A stretch of 62,039 nt of DNA, counting the filler, from Dugesia japonica (lineage: Eukaryota): the NCBI GenBank assembly GCA_001938525.1. It is 5 parts of 5 records of this genome, joined end to end, with 100 filler letters (N's around TTAATTAATTAA, not from the genome) between each part and the next. Parts side by side here need not be neighbours in the genome. Positions count along the whole stretch, not along the records: positions 1 to 14,824 come from MQRL01580506.1; positions 14,925 to 24,474 come from MQRL01599998.1; 3 more parts are not named here. One strand, given 5' to 3'. The translations under genes were made by a program, and so were the position numbers. Under the pieces are notes generated by a model that worked only from the letters and a program-made list of their open reading frames with translations, searched no databases and had not been told where the DNA came from. Position 1 is the stretch's first letter. The number at the start of each line of letters is the position of its first letter. Below are positions 13,392-24,054 of this stretch, piece by piece.

Positions 13392-13597
13392 GACCATAGA
13401 CCTTATGACCATAAGACCATAGACCTTATGACCATAAGACCATAGACCTTATGACCATAAGACCATAGTCCTTAAGACGATAAGACCTTAAGATGATAAG
13501 ACGATAAGACCTTAAGACGATAAGACCTTAAGACGATAGTCCTTAAGACCATAGACGATAGACCTTAAGACCATAGACGATAGACCTTAAGACGATA
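13392..13597. repeat. Tandem array of 27 units of 7-8 bp (GACCATA / GACCTTA / GACGATA) with higher-order structure
   Basis: gaccatagaccttatgaccataa x3, then alternating gacgataa/gaccttaa, then gaccttaagaccatagacgata-type units. Fills most of the divergent intergenic space. Confidence 0.95.
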
Positions 13598-13634
13598 TTT
13601 TTATTTTAGTCAACCCAAATTAATTATTAGTAAA

Positions 13635-14285
13635 ATGGCGAAACAAATTTTAGGATTGAATACAATTTATAACACAATATGTGATTTTAGTAATTTGAAA
13701 GAATTTAGTATAAGAGAGATTGAAGATTTTACTAATAATGAACTAACAGGGGAAAATGCGAACAAATATGTTGGAATTATTAAACAAATTTATAGTGAGA
13801 TGGAGAAAATGGGAGAAAGTAAAGACAGAGAAGTATTTAAATCTTTAATAAGTATAATAGTTTCAAAATTCTGTTCTGATTCATGTAAAAGTATAATAAT
13901 AGAAAGTTTGGATGAAGAAAATAAAATATATTTAGAACATATTAGAATATTAGAAGAATCATTTCAGAAAGAGAGAGATGAACATAATAAAGTATTAAAG
14001 AAGTATAATGAAGTATTAAAACCAGAAGTTGTTGAATTACAAAAAATAAAATTAAGTTTAACAACACATAAAGGAGTTGATTGTGATAAGATTTCTTCAG
14101 ATAAGATTTGTAATATTGCAAGTGGTATTTTATCAAGAAGAAAGAATTTGGGAGATAAATTAAAAAGAGAGAATGTACCTGATGAATATAAAAAAGAAAT
14201 ATTAACCATCTATGCATGTGGAAGTCAGTTTCCTCAAATTAATGTGAAAGAGTCAAAAGGGGACAAAAGAGGTAAGTCAAAATGA
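13635..14285 (+). CDS. Hypothetical helical/coiled-coil protein, 216 aa, upstream of the capsid gene
   Basis: Uninterrupted ORF in stop-rich DNA, taaaATG start, ends 16 bp before the MCP ATG. Confidence 0.7.
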   Translation: MAKQILGLNTIYNTICDFSNLKEFSIREIEDFTNNELTGENANKYVGIIKQIYSEMEKMGESKDREVFKSLISIIVSKFCSDSCKSIIIESLDEENKIYLEHIRILEESFQKERDEHNKVLKKYNEVLKPEVVELQKIKLSLTTHKGVDCDKISSDKICNIASGILSRRKNLGDKLKRENVPDEYKKEILTIYACGSQFPQINVKESKGDKRGKSK

Positions 14286-14301
14286 GTTCTATAGAAAATA
14301 G

Positions 14302-14824
14302 ATGGATTTAGATTTCAATATTAATTTTTTACACAATCAAACTAAAGTGGATTTGTTGAAAATATCACCAACAGCTGGATCGATAGTAAATTTAAACAAG
14401 AATNNNNNNNNNNNNNNNNNNNNNNNNNNNNNNNNNNNNNNNNNNNNNNNNNNAAGAATGGTGATATTTCATTTCAATCATTACAAAATACTAATCCTTT
14501 AGATATAGGAAATGCAAAAATGTATTTCAGGATTAGTTTCAAGAACTCAAAACCAACTACTACATTAGAAAATGATTTCTTTCCAGCTTTATTTTCACAG
14601 ATGAGATTAAAAATAGGATCAACTTATATAGAATCTTTAACTTATCCAGATGTAGCTTCTACAATGATTAACTTAGTTTTGATTGATAAAGCTAATGAAA
14701 AATCATATCAAGCATATGGATGGATACCTGATTCTATTAAAGAAAGTTCAAAAAAGAGACAAGAATTATATTTAAATAGTTATGAAGGATATTATCCTCT
14801 AAGAAATATATTTGGATTTTTACA
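14302..14824 (+). CDS. Polinton/adintovirus-like major capsid protein (double jelly-roll), N-terminal part, runs into a gap
   Basis: Joining across the N run (aagaat overlaps on both sides) gives LLKISPTAGSIVNLNKNGDISFQSLQ...TLENDFFPALFSQMRLKIGSTYIE...GWIPD...YPLRNIFGFL, matching the NxF..LFSQ..L and PL..IFGF motifs of Polinton MCPs. Confidence 0.8.
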
Positions 14825-14868
14825 NNNNNNNNNNNNNNNNNNNNNNNNNNNNNNNNNNNNNNNNNNNN

Positions 14869-14880
14869 TTAATTAATTAA
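14869..14880. other. Artificial scaffold linker TTAATTAATTAA inside an N gap (also at 24519, 34395, 50216)
   Basis: Identical six-frame-stop 12-mer centred in N runs four times. Confidence 0.9.
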
Positions 14881-14924
14881 NNNNNNNNNNNNNNNNNNNN
14901 NNNNNNNNNNNNNNNNNNNNNNNN

Positions 14925-15109
14925 TTGTGTGCAAAATAATTCCAATTAAAAATTGCATAATAAATTTAATTGATGGATTAAATTTCAGATGATGCAAAAA
15001 CATCACAGATTAAGATATCAAATTACCGATAATCGCACTAATTACATCACTAATCGGCGGGGGGGGGTACTGCATGTGTGCTGTTCTTTACTGCTAATAT
15101 CTATCTACT
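14925..15109 (-). mobile_element. Polinton-type right terminus inserted into an ATPase gene
   Basis: G-run and tgcatgtg (shared with 156-164), ending ctatctact (rc AGTAGATAGATA); abuts the ATPase coding sequence. Confidence 0.65.
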
Positions 15110-15257
15110 CATGCTCTTCATCTGCACCTCTATGCCAGTATATTTTGTTAAATTTTGATTTAAATAAATTAGATTTTAGTAATTTGCATACAAATAAGGG
15201 TTTTCCGCTACCACTTGGACCAACAATTTGATAATCAGCATCATTTCTCAACTTCAT
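15110..15257 (-). pseudogene. A32/FtsK-like packaging ATPase, 5' fragment
   Basis: MKLRNDADYQIVGPSGSGK[P]LFVCKLLK...FNKIYW: an N-terminal Walker A in the usual Polinton ATPase context; truncated at 15110. Confidence 0.75.
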
Positions 15258-15696
15258 TTTATATAAATTTAATTTAATGCATTGTTTATAATAATATTTG
15301 TTTTGTTTAAATGAATCAATTAAATATATTTTTGGAAAATATTTATATATACACCATTTATTAAAAATCATTACTAATGTTATTTAATATTAAATAAATT
15401 TTTTGTTATGAAATTTGTTTTTTTTGTTCATATAGTTACTAGGTTAGTTAATTATAATAAAGTTTTTATTTGATTTGGCAGTTATTATTAATTAATAGAG
15501 TATTTTAAGTAATTTATTTATCATAAAGGTTTTAGTTATTACTTGAAATAGAGTTTTTATTATTTTGATAGGCATTATTTAGAGATATGGTTTTTATATA
15601 TTCAATTTAATAGGTAAATCTTTTTAAATATTACGATTTAAATAGAGTTAGTTAAAAAGACAAATAAATATATAACATTTATTATAATAACAACAT

Positions 15697-16151
15697 TTAC
15701 AAAATGTCTTGAATTTTCCAAATTGGAGATTTACCTTTTCTATTTATTGAGTTAGTGTTGTCTTCATTTTTCTTGACTTCTTTTATTTCCACCTGAATCA
15801 TATATTCTTGTAATTTTTCGAATACAATCGATTTTGAACCACTGAAATTGATAAAACTGTATTATTTATCATAATTTTTGGTTCAATTCTTTGGAATAAT
15901 AAATTCAAAGTATTCTTGTCTTTGGAACCAATATCAGATATCACCACACTATAGGTAGATCGTTGNNNCTTTACAGGTTCCTAAATAAAAATATTAAATA
16001 ATAATAATAAAATAAATACATTTACTTGAAACATATATACTATTGAACTCTTGACAAATTTCATTTTGACTCCATGAAATTCTGAAGGCTTTCCATAATC
16101 TACCGCGATTGTCATAACATTATTTTTTGTTAAACTAAAAGTTTGTTGCAT
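15697..16151 (-). pseudogene. Two-exon small subterminal gene (exon 16151-16026, 45-nt intron 16025-15981), probable frameshift in exon 2
   Basis: MQQTFSL...YMFQ|gtaaat...ttttatttag|EPVK...; frame stays open about 60 codons after splicing. Confidence 0.5.
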
Positions 16152-16259
16152 GTTAAAGTAGTGATAATTTATTAAATNNNNNNNNNNNNNNNNNNNNNNN
16201 NNNNNNNNNNNNNNNNNNNNNNNNNNNAGTTTAATTATTAAAACAAAAAAGTCCATTAA

Positions 16260-16434
16260 TTAAAACAAAAATTCCCTCTTCAAAAAATAGGTAAAAAAAG
16301 AAAAACCAACCCAAAAATCATAGCCCCAAAAAACATAGCCTAGCGTAATGTGTTAACGAGCACCCCCGGGGAGGGGAGGTCCCCCGCGATAACTGCTTTA
16401 AAAGGTGGGGCCTGTGCGCTACTATCTCCCTACT
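16260..16434 (-). mobile_element. Polinton-type right terminus
   Basis: Ends gtgcgctactatctccctact (rc AGTAGGGAGATAGTAGCGCAC); homologous to 50-191 and to the start at 24055. Confidence 0.78.
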
Positions 16435-16762
16435 AAATAACTAGTTTGAATTGATTTATTAGTTAAAATCTGATGTAATTGCTTAAATTAACTGAAAACT
16501 CCAAAAATCTCATTTTTCGGACCTAGAAAAAATTCACTGATTTTCAGCAGATTCGCCCCATTTGACAACTACTGATTTTATTAACAAATCATATTATTTG
16601 ATTTACAACCAATCATATAAAATTAAAACGATTTATAACCAATCTTTTCCTTTAAAAACTAAAAGAACCTATCAAACAGTGTGTATGTATGTATCTTAGG
16701 AAGTATAAAAACAGTAGCTTAAGTAAAATAAATCTGTTTTACAATTCAAACTTCTTCAAAAA

Positions 16763-17035
16763 ATGCAACAATTAGAAAGAGAAATTCAGAAATTAACTGA
16801 AACAATTAATAGTGGATCCGTTGGCGATATTCAATTCCTATCGGAGCTAGAAAATGGTCTAATGAGTAAACATGAATATGTTGAACTCATAGTTCGAACA
16901 ATATTCATGAAGAAAATAAAGGATAAATTGAATCAACAAAGAAGAATCAAATATGTTTCAATGATAATATTATCATCGGGTCTGTTGTATTATTTCTTTA
17001 AAATAAAGTATTTATCTTTTAATAATAAATTTTAA
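16763..17035 (+). CDS. Small protein with C-terminal hydrophobic segment; diverged tandem copy with a premature stop at ~17202-17450
   Basis: TATA-like gtataaaa near 16703, caaaaaATG start, aataaa near the stop; second copy has gga changed to tga. Confidence 0.5.
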   Translation: MQQLEREIQKLTETINSGSVGDIQFLSELENGLMSKHEYVELIVRTIFMKKIKDKLNQQRRIKYVSMIILSSGLLYYFFKIKYLSFNNKF

Positions 17036-17585
17036 CTTAAACAGACTTTTTGCTTTTTTCAATTTTTCAAAAAAAAAATTTTTAAAAAAAAATTTTAAAT
17101 AAAAAAAATNNNNNNNNNNNNNNNNNNNNNNNNNNNNNNNNNNNNNNNNNNNNNNNNNNAAGTAAAATAAATCTGTTTTACAATTCAAAATTCTTCAAAA
17201 AATGAAACAATTAGATAGAGAAATTCAGAAATTAACAGATACAATTAACAGTTGATCCGTTGGCGATATTCAATTCCTAACAGAGCTACAAAATGGTCTA
17301 ATGAGTAAACATGAATATGTTGAACTCTTAGTCCGAACAATATTCATGAAGAAAATTAAGGATAAATTGGAACAACAAAGAAGAATCAAATATGTTTCAA
17401 TGATAATATTATCATCTGGTCTGTTGAATTATTTCTTTAAAAGAAATTAATGTATTTATCTTTTTATAATAAATTTTAATTTAAACAGACTTTTTGCTTT
17501 TTCAAAAAAAAAAATTTAATTAGTTATGTTGCTACAACAATTTTATATATAAACAATTTATTTTACCGTTTCATATAATTTGAAA

Positions 17586-17883
17586 ATGATTTTAAAAAAT
17601 GGAGAAGAAATATCTGAACGAGGTAAAGTTTTAATATCAGTTACTTATTTATCATTTTTTCAGATCTTGCAAGAAGAATAATAAATGAAATGCATCCAGA
17701 TTGCGAAAATCCAAACTGGGGAAAGAAGAAGAATATAGGGACTACGTTCTGGAAGAAGAGTTGATTTATATCGAGAGAGTTTTATACCTTTTCGAAAACG
17801 AATTTGAAATAATATCATTGTGTGAAACCAATCCATGTCCATACTGGGTAATGCGGGACATTATTTTAGAAAGATTTCCATGA
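17586..17883 (+). pseudogene. Two-exon small acidic protein gene (41-nt intron 17623-17663), one frameshift
   Basis: tatataaa upstream; MILKNGEEISER|gtaaag..tttttcag|DLARRIINEMHPDCENP then a shift into EEEYRDYVLEEELIYIERVL... Confidence 0.5.
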
Positions 17884-20883
17884 ATTTAGTTTGGTGTATT
17901 GATGTTATTTTTATTGATGTTGAATAAATTTTTTATAACTTGATTTGTTTCTTTCGTTTTCTTAAAAAAAATTTTTTTTTAAAAAAAGAATAAAAAAATT
18001 TTCAAACCCCATTTTAACAGGGAAGGATGAATTTTAGGATACGAGTTCATGAGACATTTCTATCTTTTTTTATTTTTCTCCATCTATGCTGAAAATTTCG
18101 ACGCAATCGGACGTCATTTGGGGGAGGAGTATTTTGATATGCATTCTGCACCATGGGGTTATGCTGACATATATTTTGTGGCGAATTGAAGCATTTTTCG
18201 ATACAGGTACTTTAGGTGATGTATAGGCAGTATTTAATTTTAGGAAGATTGCCATAAATATCGAGTCAATATCTTTCAAAATGGCAGTGGTTTTCAATTA
18301 CAATATTTAATAACTTTTGAAGGGTCTGTCCGACAAAAATATTAAATGAATAACATAGCGCGTCTACTGATACTAAATGTGCGACTGTCCGATAGATATT
18401 GTAGACAATACGAACAAAAAACTGCAAATTTTATTTTAAAAATTGATTACGTAACCTAGGAAGGAATTATTTTACGATACAAGTTCTTTACACTTTCCTA
18501 TGTTAGTTTTGAATTCTCTACCCGATGGTGCTGCTTAGTAAAAAAAGATAAAAATAAATAAAAATAAAAAAACAACTTTAAAAAAAAGATAAAAATAAAA
18601 TTGAAAAACAAAATTTTTTAAAAAAAATGAGTTTCTATTAGTTTCAACCAAACAATTGTTACAAGAAAATAGTGATATCTAATAAAATGTATGGATATCT
18701 TTTTATTATGGATACTAAAACGAATCAATATAGACTTCGTCAGGAAGACGTTGGAATATTTATTAACAATTCGATATCAATATTAGATTCTAATAATAAT
18801 AATAATAATTATGGATAAATAAAAAGGTGTCCAACTTGGAAATTTTTTATATATTATCTAAGACTTTATTGGTTCAAATTGATAATTTATTTTCTTTTTT
18901 TTTGAAAAATATTGATTTCGTGGGAAAAAAACTTTTAGGAAACTTAAATAATTTTCACAATTTTTATAACAGGAACTTTTAAAATTGAAAGAATTTTTTC
19001 AAAAATCGTTGATAAATACATGTTCAAAATACCAAAAATTGTATCAATGGAAATATTGGCATAAATCAAGGGTTCCCACCTGGGGTGCAAAATAAACATT
19101 AGTTACGATGTGATTTTCATTTGTCATTTAATAAAATCTAGAGACTATTAATGCGGTATTTTACTTCCTGAAAACATTTAAATAATTTTCAAGTATAAGG
19201 AAACAATATTTGTGTTTTTAATGAAAATATTGACAACTTTATTTCAAATAAACAAAAGGATGAAAAATTATTTCGTAATTTCTATAAATCTTTAATTGAA
19301 TTATTCTATACTAATGAATTATCACAAATACCTGGGTTAGTCGAAGAATATGAAATTTTGTGTTTTACTATTGAAAAGTCTTTGAATTCTGAAAATCATG
19401 ATAGTAAAATAAATACAATGGATATTATAAATAATGAAATTTTTAATGATTTGGTAAATTATCGAAATGCAGATACTGATAATTTGTTAAGATTTTTTTC
19501 CAATACTCGAAGTTTTTTGCCATTTAACACTGGGTGGAATGCAAAGGATTCTGTTATCATTTTGCTTCTTAATCGATTCCTATTAAAAACTCTTGAAATT
19601 TTTTCTGGTAATCTTTTGCTTCTAAATATATCGGGGGCAAGTTTTTTTACTCTTATCTCGAAATTCCGATATTTTTAATAAATTATTGTCTTAATTGATG
19701 AGAGGTCTGTAATGTTTTCAACTAACGATTTCCGATTAAAATATATTGATGGAAACCAACTTTTGCACTTGTCATTTGTATTGAAGTCCTCTTTTTTATT
19801 GGTTTCTTACCGCAATTCTTTGGCATCTCAAATGCGATCAATGGTTAAGTCCAACAATTATTCTCATAATATTTGTAATTAAAAAAGTAGTAGTAATGGT
19901 AAAAAATAGAGATACCTTAAAGACTAACAAAAAATCAATCAAAAATTTAACGAAAGTCCATTACTTTTTGCATGAAAAATTACACTAAAATAATACAATA
20001 TAGTCAACGACGGATAGGAATTTTTCATGGAGGGACGATATAAAACTAATTACGTCATTTATTATGAAATAGACCGGGAATTAAATTTTTAGTTTAAATA
20101 AAGTAAAATTAATGATTTTTTTTTACATTTACTAAAATTAATTTTTAACTAATTTTCATGGAAATCCAGTAGAAAAGTCCATTATGTTTGAAAATTTAAT
20201 TTTTTAAAATAATAAAATTAAATATTTTCAAAATGAAGNNNNNNNNNNNNNNNNNNNNNNNNNNNNNNNNNNNNNNNNNNNNNNNNNNCTAGACTAGGCT
20301 TTCAGTATGAAGCCGAAGACACAATAGTGAGTATTTGCTAAGTAGGTGGATAAGTGTACTCGATACCATGATGTTTACATTATCTAAGGCAGGAGTTCCC
20401 AACCTTTTTCGTATTGCACACCTCTAAAAAGTATTTTTTAATCGTGTGAAATTTCACATTATTTAATTGGTATGTGTTTGTCACATTTCAAAATTTAAGA
20501 CTTTGAAAAATTTAAAGCGTTGCGCATTTAGTATTAATACATAAAATTTTATTATAGTATTAACTATTTAAATGTTTGTTATAGATGTGAATTTTTACTT
20601 ATTTGGCATGAGCTTTCACACAACGAAAATTTTTTCTATATATATTATTGCAATAAGAATATTAAAAAACAATATTGTTGTTATTTAAATGTTTTTTCAG
20701 GTCTCAACTCTTACGCATTATTATAAATTTGGAATTTTCACACCTTTACAATTTTTTTTGCAATAAATACTAGTCCTCAAATATTATTTTTGAACCGTGT
20801 GACATTTCACAATCTAATAATTACCTTTCACACTATATTCCAGTAGAAAAGTCCATTATGTTTGAAAATTTAATTTTTTAAAA

Positions 20884-21198
20884 TAATAAAATTAAATATT
20901 TTCAAAATGAAGAAATTTAAATAAGGCTTCGGCCAAATTATTTTTTTTAATTTTTATTAGGGTTAAAAATTTCAAAAATTTAATTTTCTTCGACCCAGTT
21001 TTTCGATTTTATCTTCTTTAAGAGTTGTGATTAAATAAATTGAATAAATCAATTACAACTCTCGAAGAAGATAAACTCGAACCTTTTGGGAAGTTAAATT
21101 TTTCAAATTTTTAACCTTAATAAAAATTTTTTAAAAACTTTTTTTGATCTAAGCCTTAGATTTTTTCTTAATTTGGAAAATATTTAATTTTATCATTC
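20884..21198. repeat. Imperfect ~315-bp palindrome (foldback/MITE-like)
   Basis: Arms pair throughout, e.g. ttatcttctttaagagttgtgatt with aattacaactctcgaagaagataa, and ttattagggttaaaaattt with aaatttttaaccttaataa; centre near 21040. Confidence 0.8.
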
Positions 21199-22656
21199 AG
21201 AGATCAATGGTTAAAAATTTTAAAAAAGTGAATAATTACCAAAAAAGTAACTTTCATAATAAACCAATTTTTTTACAAATAATTCAAATTTTCAACGGTC
21301 CTAGTTTTTCAAAACTAGATTTTATACTTAGATTTCAAATACCTTTATACTAATCTGTTAAGAATTTGACAGGGTCATTTTTGGTTTTTTTCAATATTTT
21401 CCATAGAATTTTCGAAAAATAACAAGTATTTAAAATTTTATCATCAACCCATCTTTTCAATAGATATTTTTAGGCTGAGTAAGAATAACACGGGTAAAAA
21501 TCGTCAAAACGTATTCCCGAGGAAATAAATGAAATTAACAATAAAAAACTAACAACTACAATTTCTATATAAGGTTAATTTTTATTATAAAATTTATTTA
21601 ATTTATCATTTTTAGTATTTAATATTTTTACAGTATATATTACTAAACCAAAATTTCAAACCTAATTTTTAAACCACTTTGTAATTCGGGGATGTGGTTT
21701 AGTGCACCACTATCTATCTACTTTATTTTTAATCTACAATTATTTTTATCTTATTCATTTCGACTTTTTGATACAAAATTGTTTTTAATTATTTCTTCTT
21801 TACTTTTTCATACTACTATTCTAATATTCACGCAAGTAGTCGCTCCTTATCATTATATAACCTTTTCAAAATCCGGTTATGGTTGGGCGATCGCCATCAT
21901 TGCCCCCCTGTGGATACAGTACGGCAATGTAAAAAATATGATGCGATAAAATAAATTTATCGTTTTTTAAATAATAAATCGTTTTCTTTCTTGTTTTCTA
22001 ATTTTTCTGTTTTTTTATAAAATAAATCATTACATACATATGCCATCATTTTTCGACATTCAGTTAAGCAATATTTAAAAAAATTGATGTAATTTATTAA
22101 ATCCTTCTTTTATTTTCCCCCTTGAAAATTACTTACTATTCCACTAGTTAATAATAAATTTCCAAAACCTTTAAGTTCCTCAACATTATTATTAGAAACG
22201 TGCTCATTCGGAAAAGAGTCGTCATCATATAAAATATTTATTTCACAAAAAGTTAAAAAATTCCGGCTTTTAATAATTATCTGCTTCTCTTTGATTTTTG
22301 ATCTTCTGCCAAGCACTCTGAATATTCAAACAACTTCTTCATTTATTCCAATTAATTTCTAATTAATTTCTAAAATTAAAACTTAAAATATTCATTTTCT
22401 TATCCTGACAATTATACTTTTGCAATAATGATGATTTAAATTATCATATTATATTGTAATATCAATTATTTTATTTTATGAAAATTTTTTATCCATTTGA
22501 TTAGCAATAGTTTTCATTTGGTTTTTTAGTTGAATGGAATTTCGTTAATTTTGATTAATTGCTTCGACATTTGCGGTATTTTTTAAAAACTCAATATAAT
22601 TTCTATGATTTTTTGTGCTAAAGTAAAGTAAAGAACTTATTTTGTTGTTAAAGAAA

Positions 22657-22840
22657 ATGTCTATCGAATGAGTTATAAAAAAACTATAATTTTACAATAG
22701 AAAGTGTTGATGCATATTATCGGAAAGCTGGAATAACAAGTAAAACATTACGCAAATATTTTTGTCAAAATAATATTCCATATAATAGATCAATTATCAA
22801 CGTCCAATACATAGTAAATTTCGATAAAAATAAAAGATGA
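22657..22840 (+). pseudogene. Decayed paralogue of the 12961-13371 HTH gene
   Basis: NYNFTIESVDAYYRKAGITSKTLRKYFCQNNIPYNR aligns ungapped with HYDFKNNSVSNFCKINNVGEKAVRKYLNLFNIPYNK (13 of 36 identical by hand count). Confidence 0.7.
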
Positions 22841-23188
22841 TTTCAGTTAGAATAATAAAAAAGAAATTACTAATAATAACGTTGAGTGAAAAGAAGAATG
22901 GTATGCTTATTTTCCAAATGAAAATTCTGCAAATAAAGAAATAACTAATATTGATGAGTGGAATGAAGATTTGAAAACTTATTGAAGAAGATTATTCAGA
23001 TAAACAACCAAAATTTACAAAATATAATAATTTTTCTCCATTTACCAAAATATCTGAAAATAATAATTTCTTTAAAAATTAAATTGAGGTAACAATAACT
23101 GAAGATTATAAAAAAATAAAAAATTATACCTTAATTTTTATTAAAATGAAAATATGGGAAACCGACTACGGCTAGAAACTACGTTATC

Positions 23189-23990
23189 ATGTCAAAATTA
23201 AATTTAGATTTAAATCATTCAATTTTTAATAGTAATCTTCTTAAACTATCACTATCTTCTGGAAAAATTTCGAATTTAATGAAAGCTGGTAACATAGATT
23301 TTAAATCACTTCAATCAAGTTTATTTTAATAAATAAGATAAAAATTAGGATTTACAGAATATAGGAGATCTAAATCATCCAGGAACAATTTCAACAGTGT
23401 TAAATTTCGTATTAACTTTTGAAATGTATAAAAGAGAATAAGGATAATTAATATTTTGGATTGATGATGATAATAAAGGTGATAAAAGTGGTTGGGATAC
23501 AAATATGGGTTGTTATTATAGAAGAATATAAATGTATAATACAATAAACTTTATTGAATAAAGGATACTTTGAATTAAAGTATTTATTTGGATTTATGCA
23601 AAAATATAATAGATTACTGTTTAATATTCTGATAGAATAGATTTTTAATAGAGAAATAGATGATAAATTATAAAGTTTTTCGAGCTACAGGAGATGCAGC
23701 TTTAGACAAATTAACTGTATTTACTTTATAATTACCTATCCCAGAATGGACATTGAATCTAAGAATAGAATAAGCATATTTATAATAATGCAATATTAGT
23801 AAATTATTTAAATAGAATTACATCAATTATAACAGTTAAAGTAAGAACTCATTAATCCTAAAAGTTAGATTATTTGGCCTGTAAACCAAGATATATAACG
23901 TATATCAGCAAAGATTATCACTGATAATATTAGAATTGTATCACCAAAAACTTTTGACATTTCGTGATACTATTTGGCATTTTCCTTTTT
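23189..23990 (+). pseudogene. Second, decayed Polinton major capsid protein gene
   Basis: LLKLSLSSGKISNLMKAGNIDFKSLQ, SLF..IR.KLG and GYFELKYLFGFMQKYNRLL match the 14302 MCP segment by segment; many stops. Confidence 0.75.
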
Positions 23991-24054
23991 TCAAAATGAA
24001 ATCATAAATAAAAACCAGTAAATTCATACATATATATATATGTGTGTGTGTGTG

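Noticed and set aside
13392-13597. CRISPR-like array
   Set aside because: Contiguous 7-8 bp units with no unique spacers, no cas genes, and a eukaryotic context.
13942-14217. Antisense ORFs over the 216-aa gene, and similar shadow or N-spanning ORFs elsewhere
   Set aside because: They are opposite-strand shadows of coding DNA or stay open only because of N runs.
12548-15109. One complete 2.6-kb mini-Polinton bounded by 12548 and 15109
   Set aside because: The termini differ beyond AGTAGAT, the flanks (agagat vs catgct) are not a TSD, and a scaffold gap separates them.
4530-15257. TAAAATG as a poxvirus-like late promoter at Polinton starts
   Set aside because: Host genes have the same A-rich start context (WD40 aataaaATG, SYCP1 gtaaATG).
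22000-22620. Minus-strand relic as a homologue of the 216-aa gene (which would imply an invertible cassette)
   Set aside because: Only CKSII and SGI(V/L)S match; spacing and the remaining sequence do not align convincingly.
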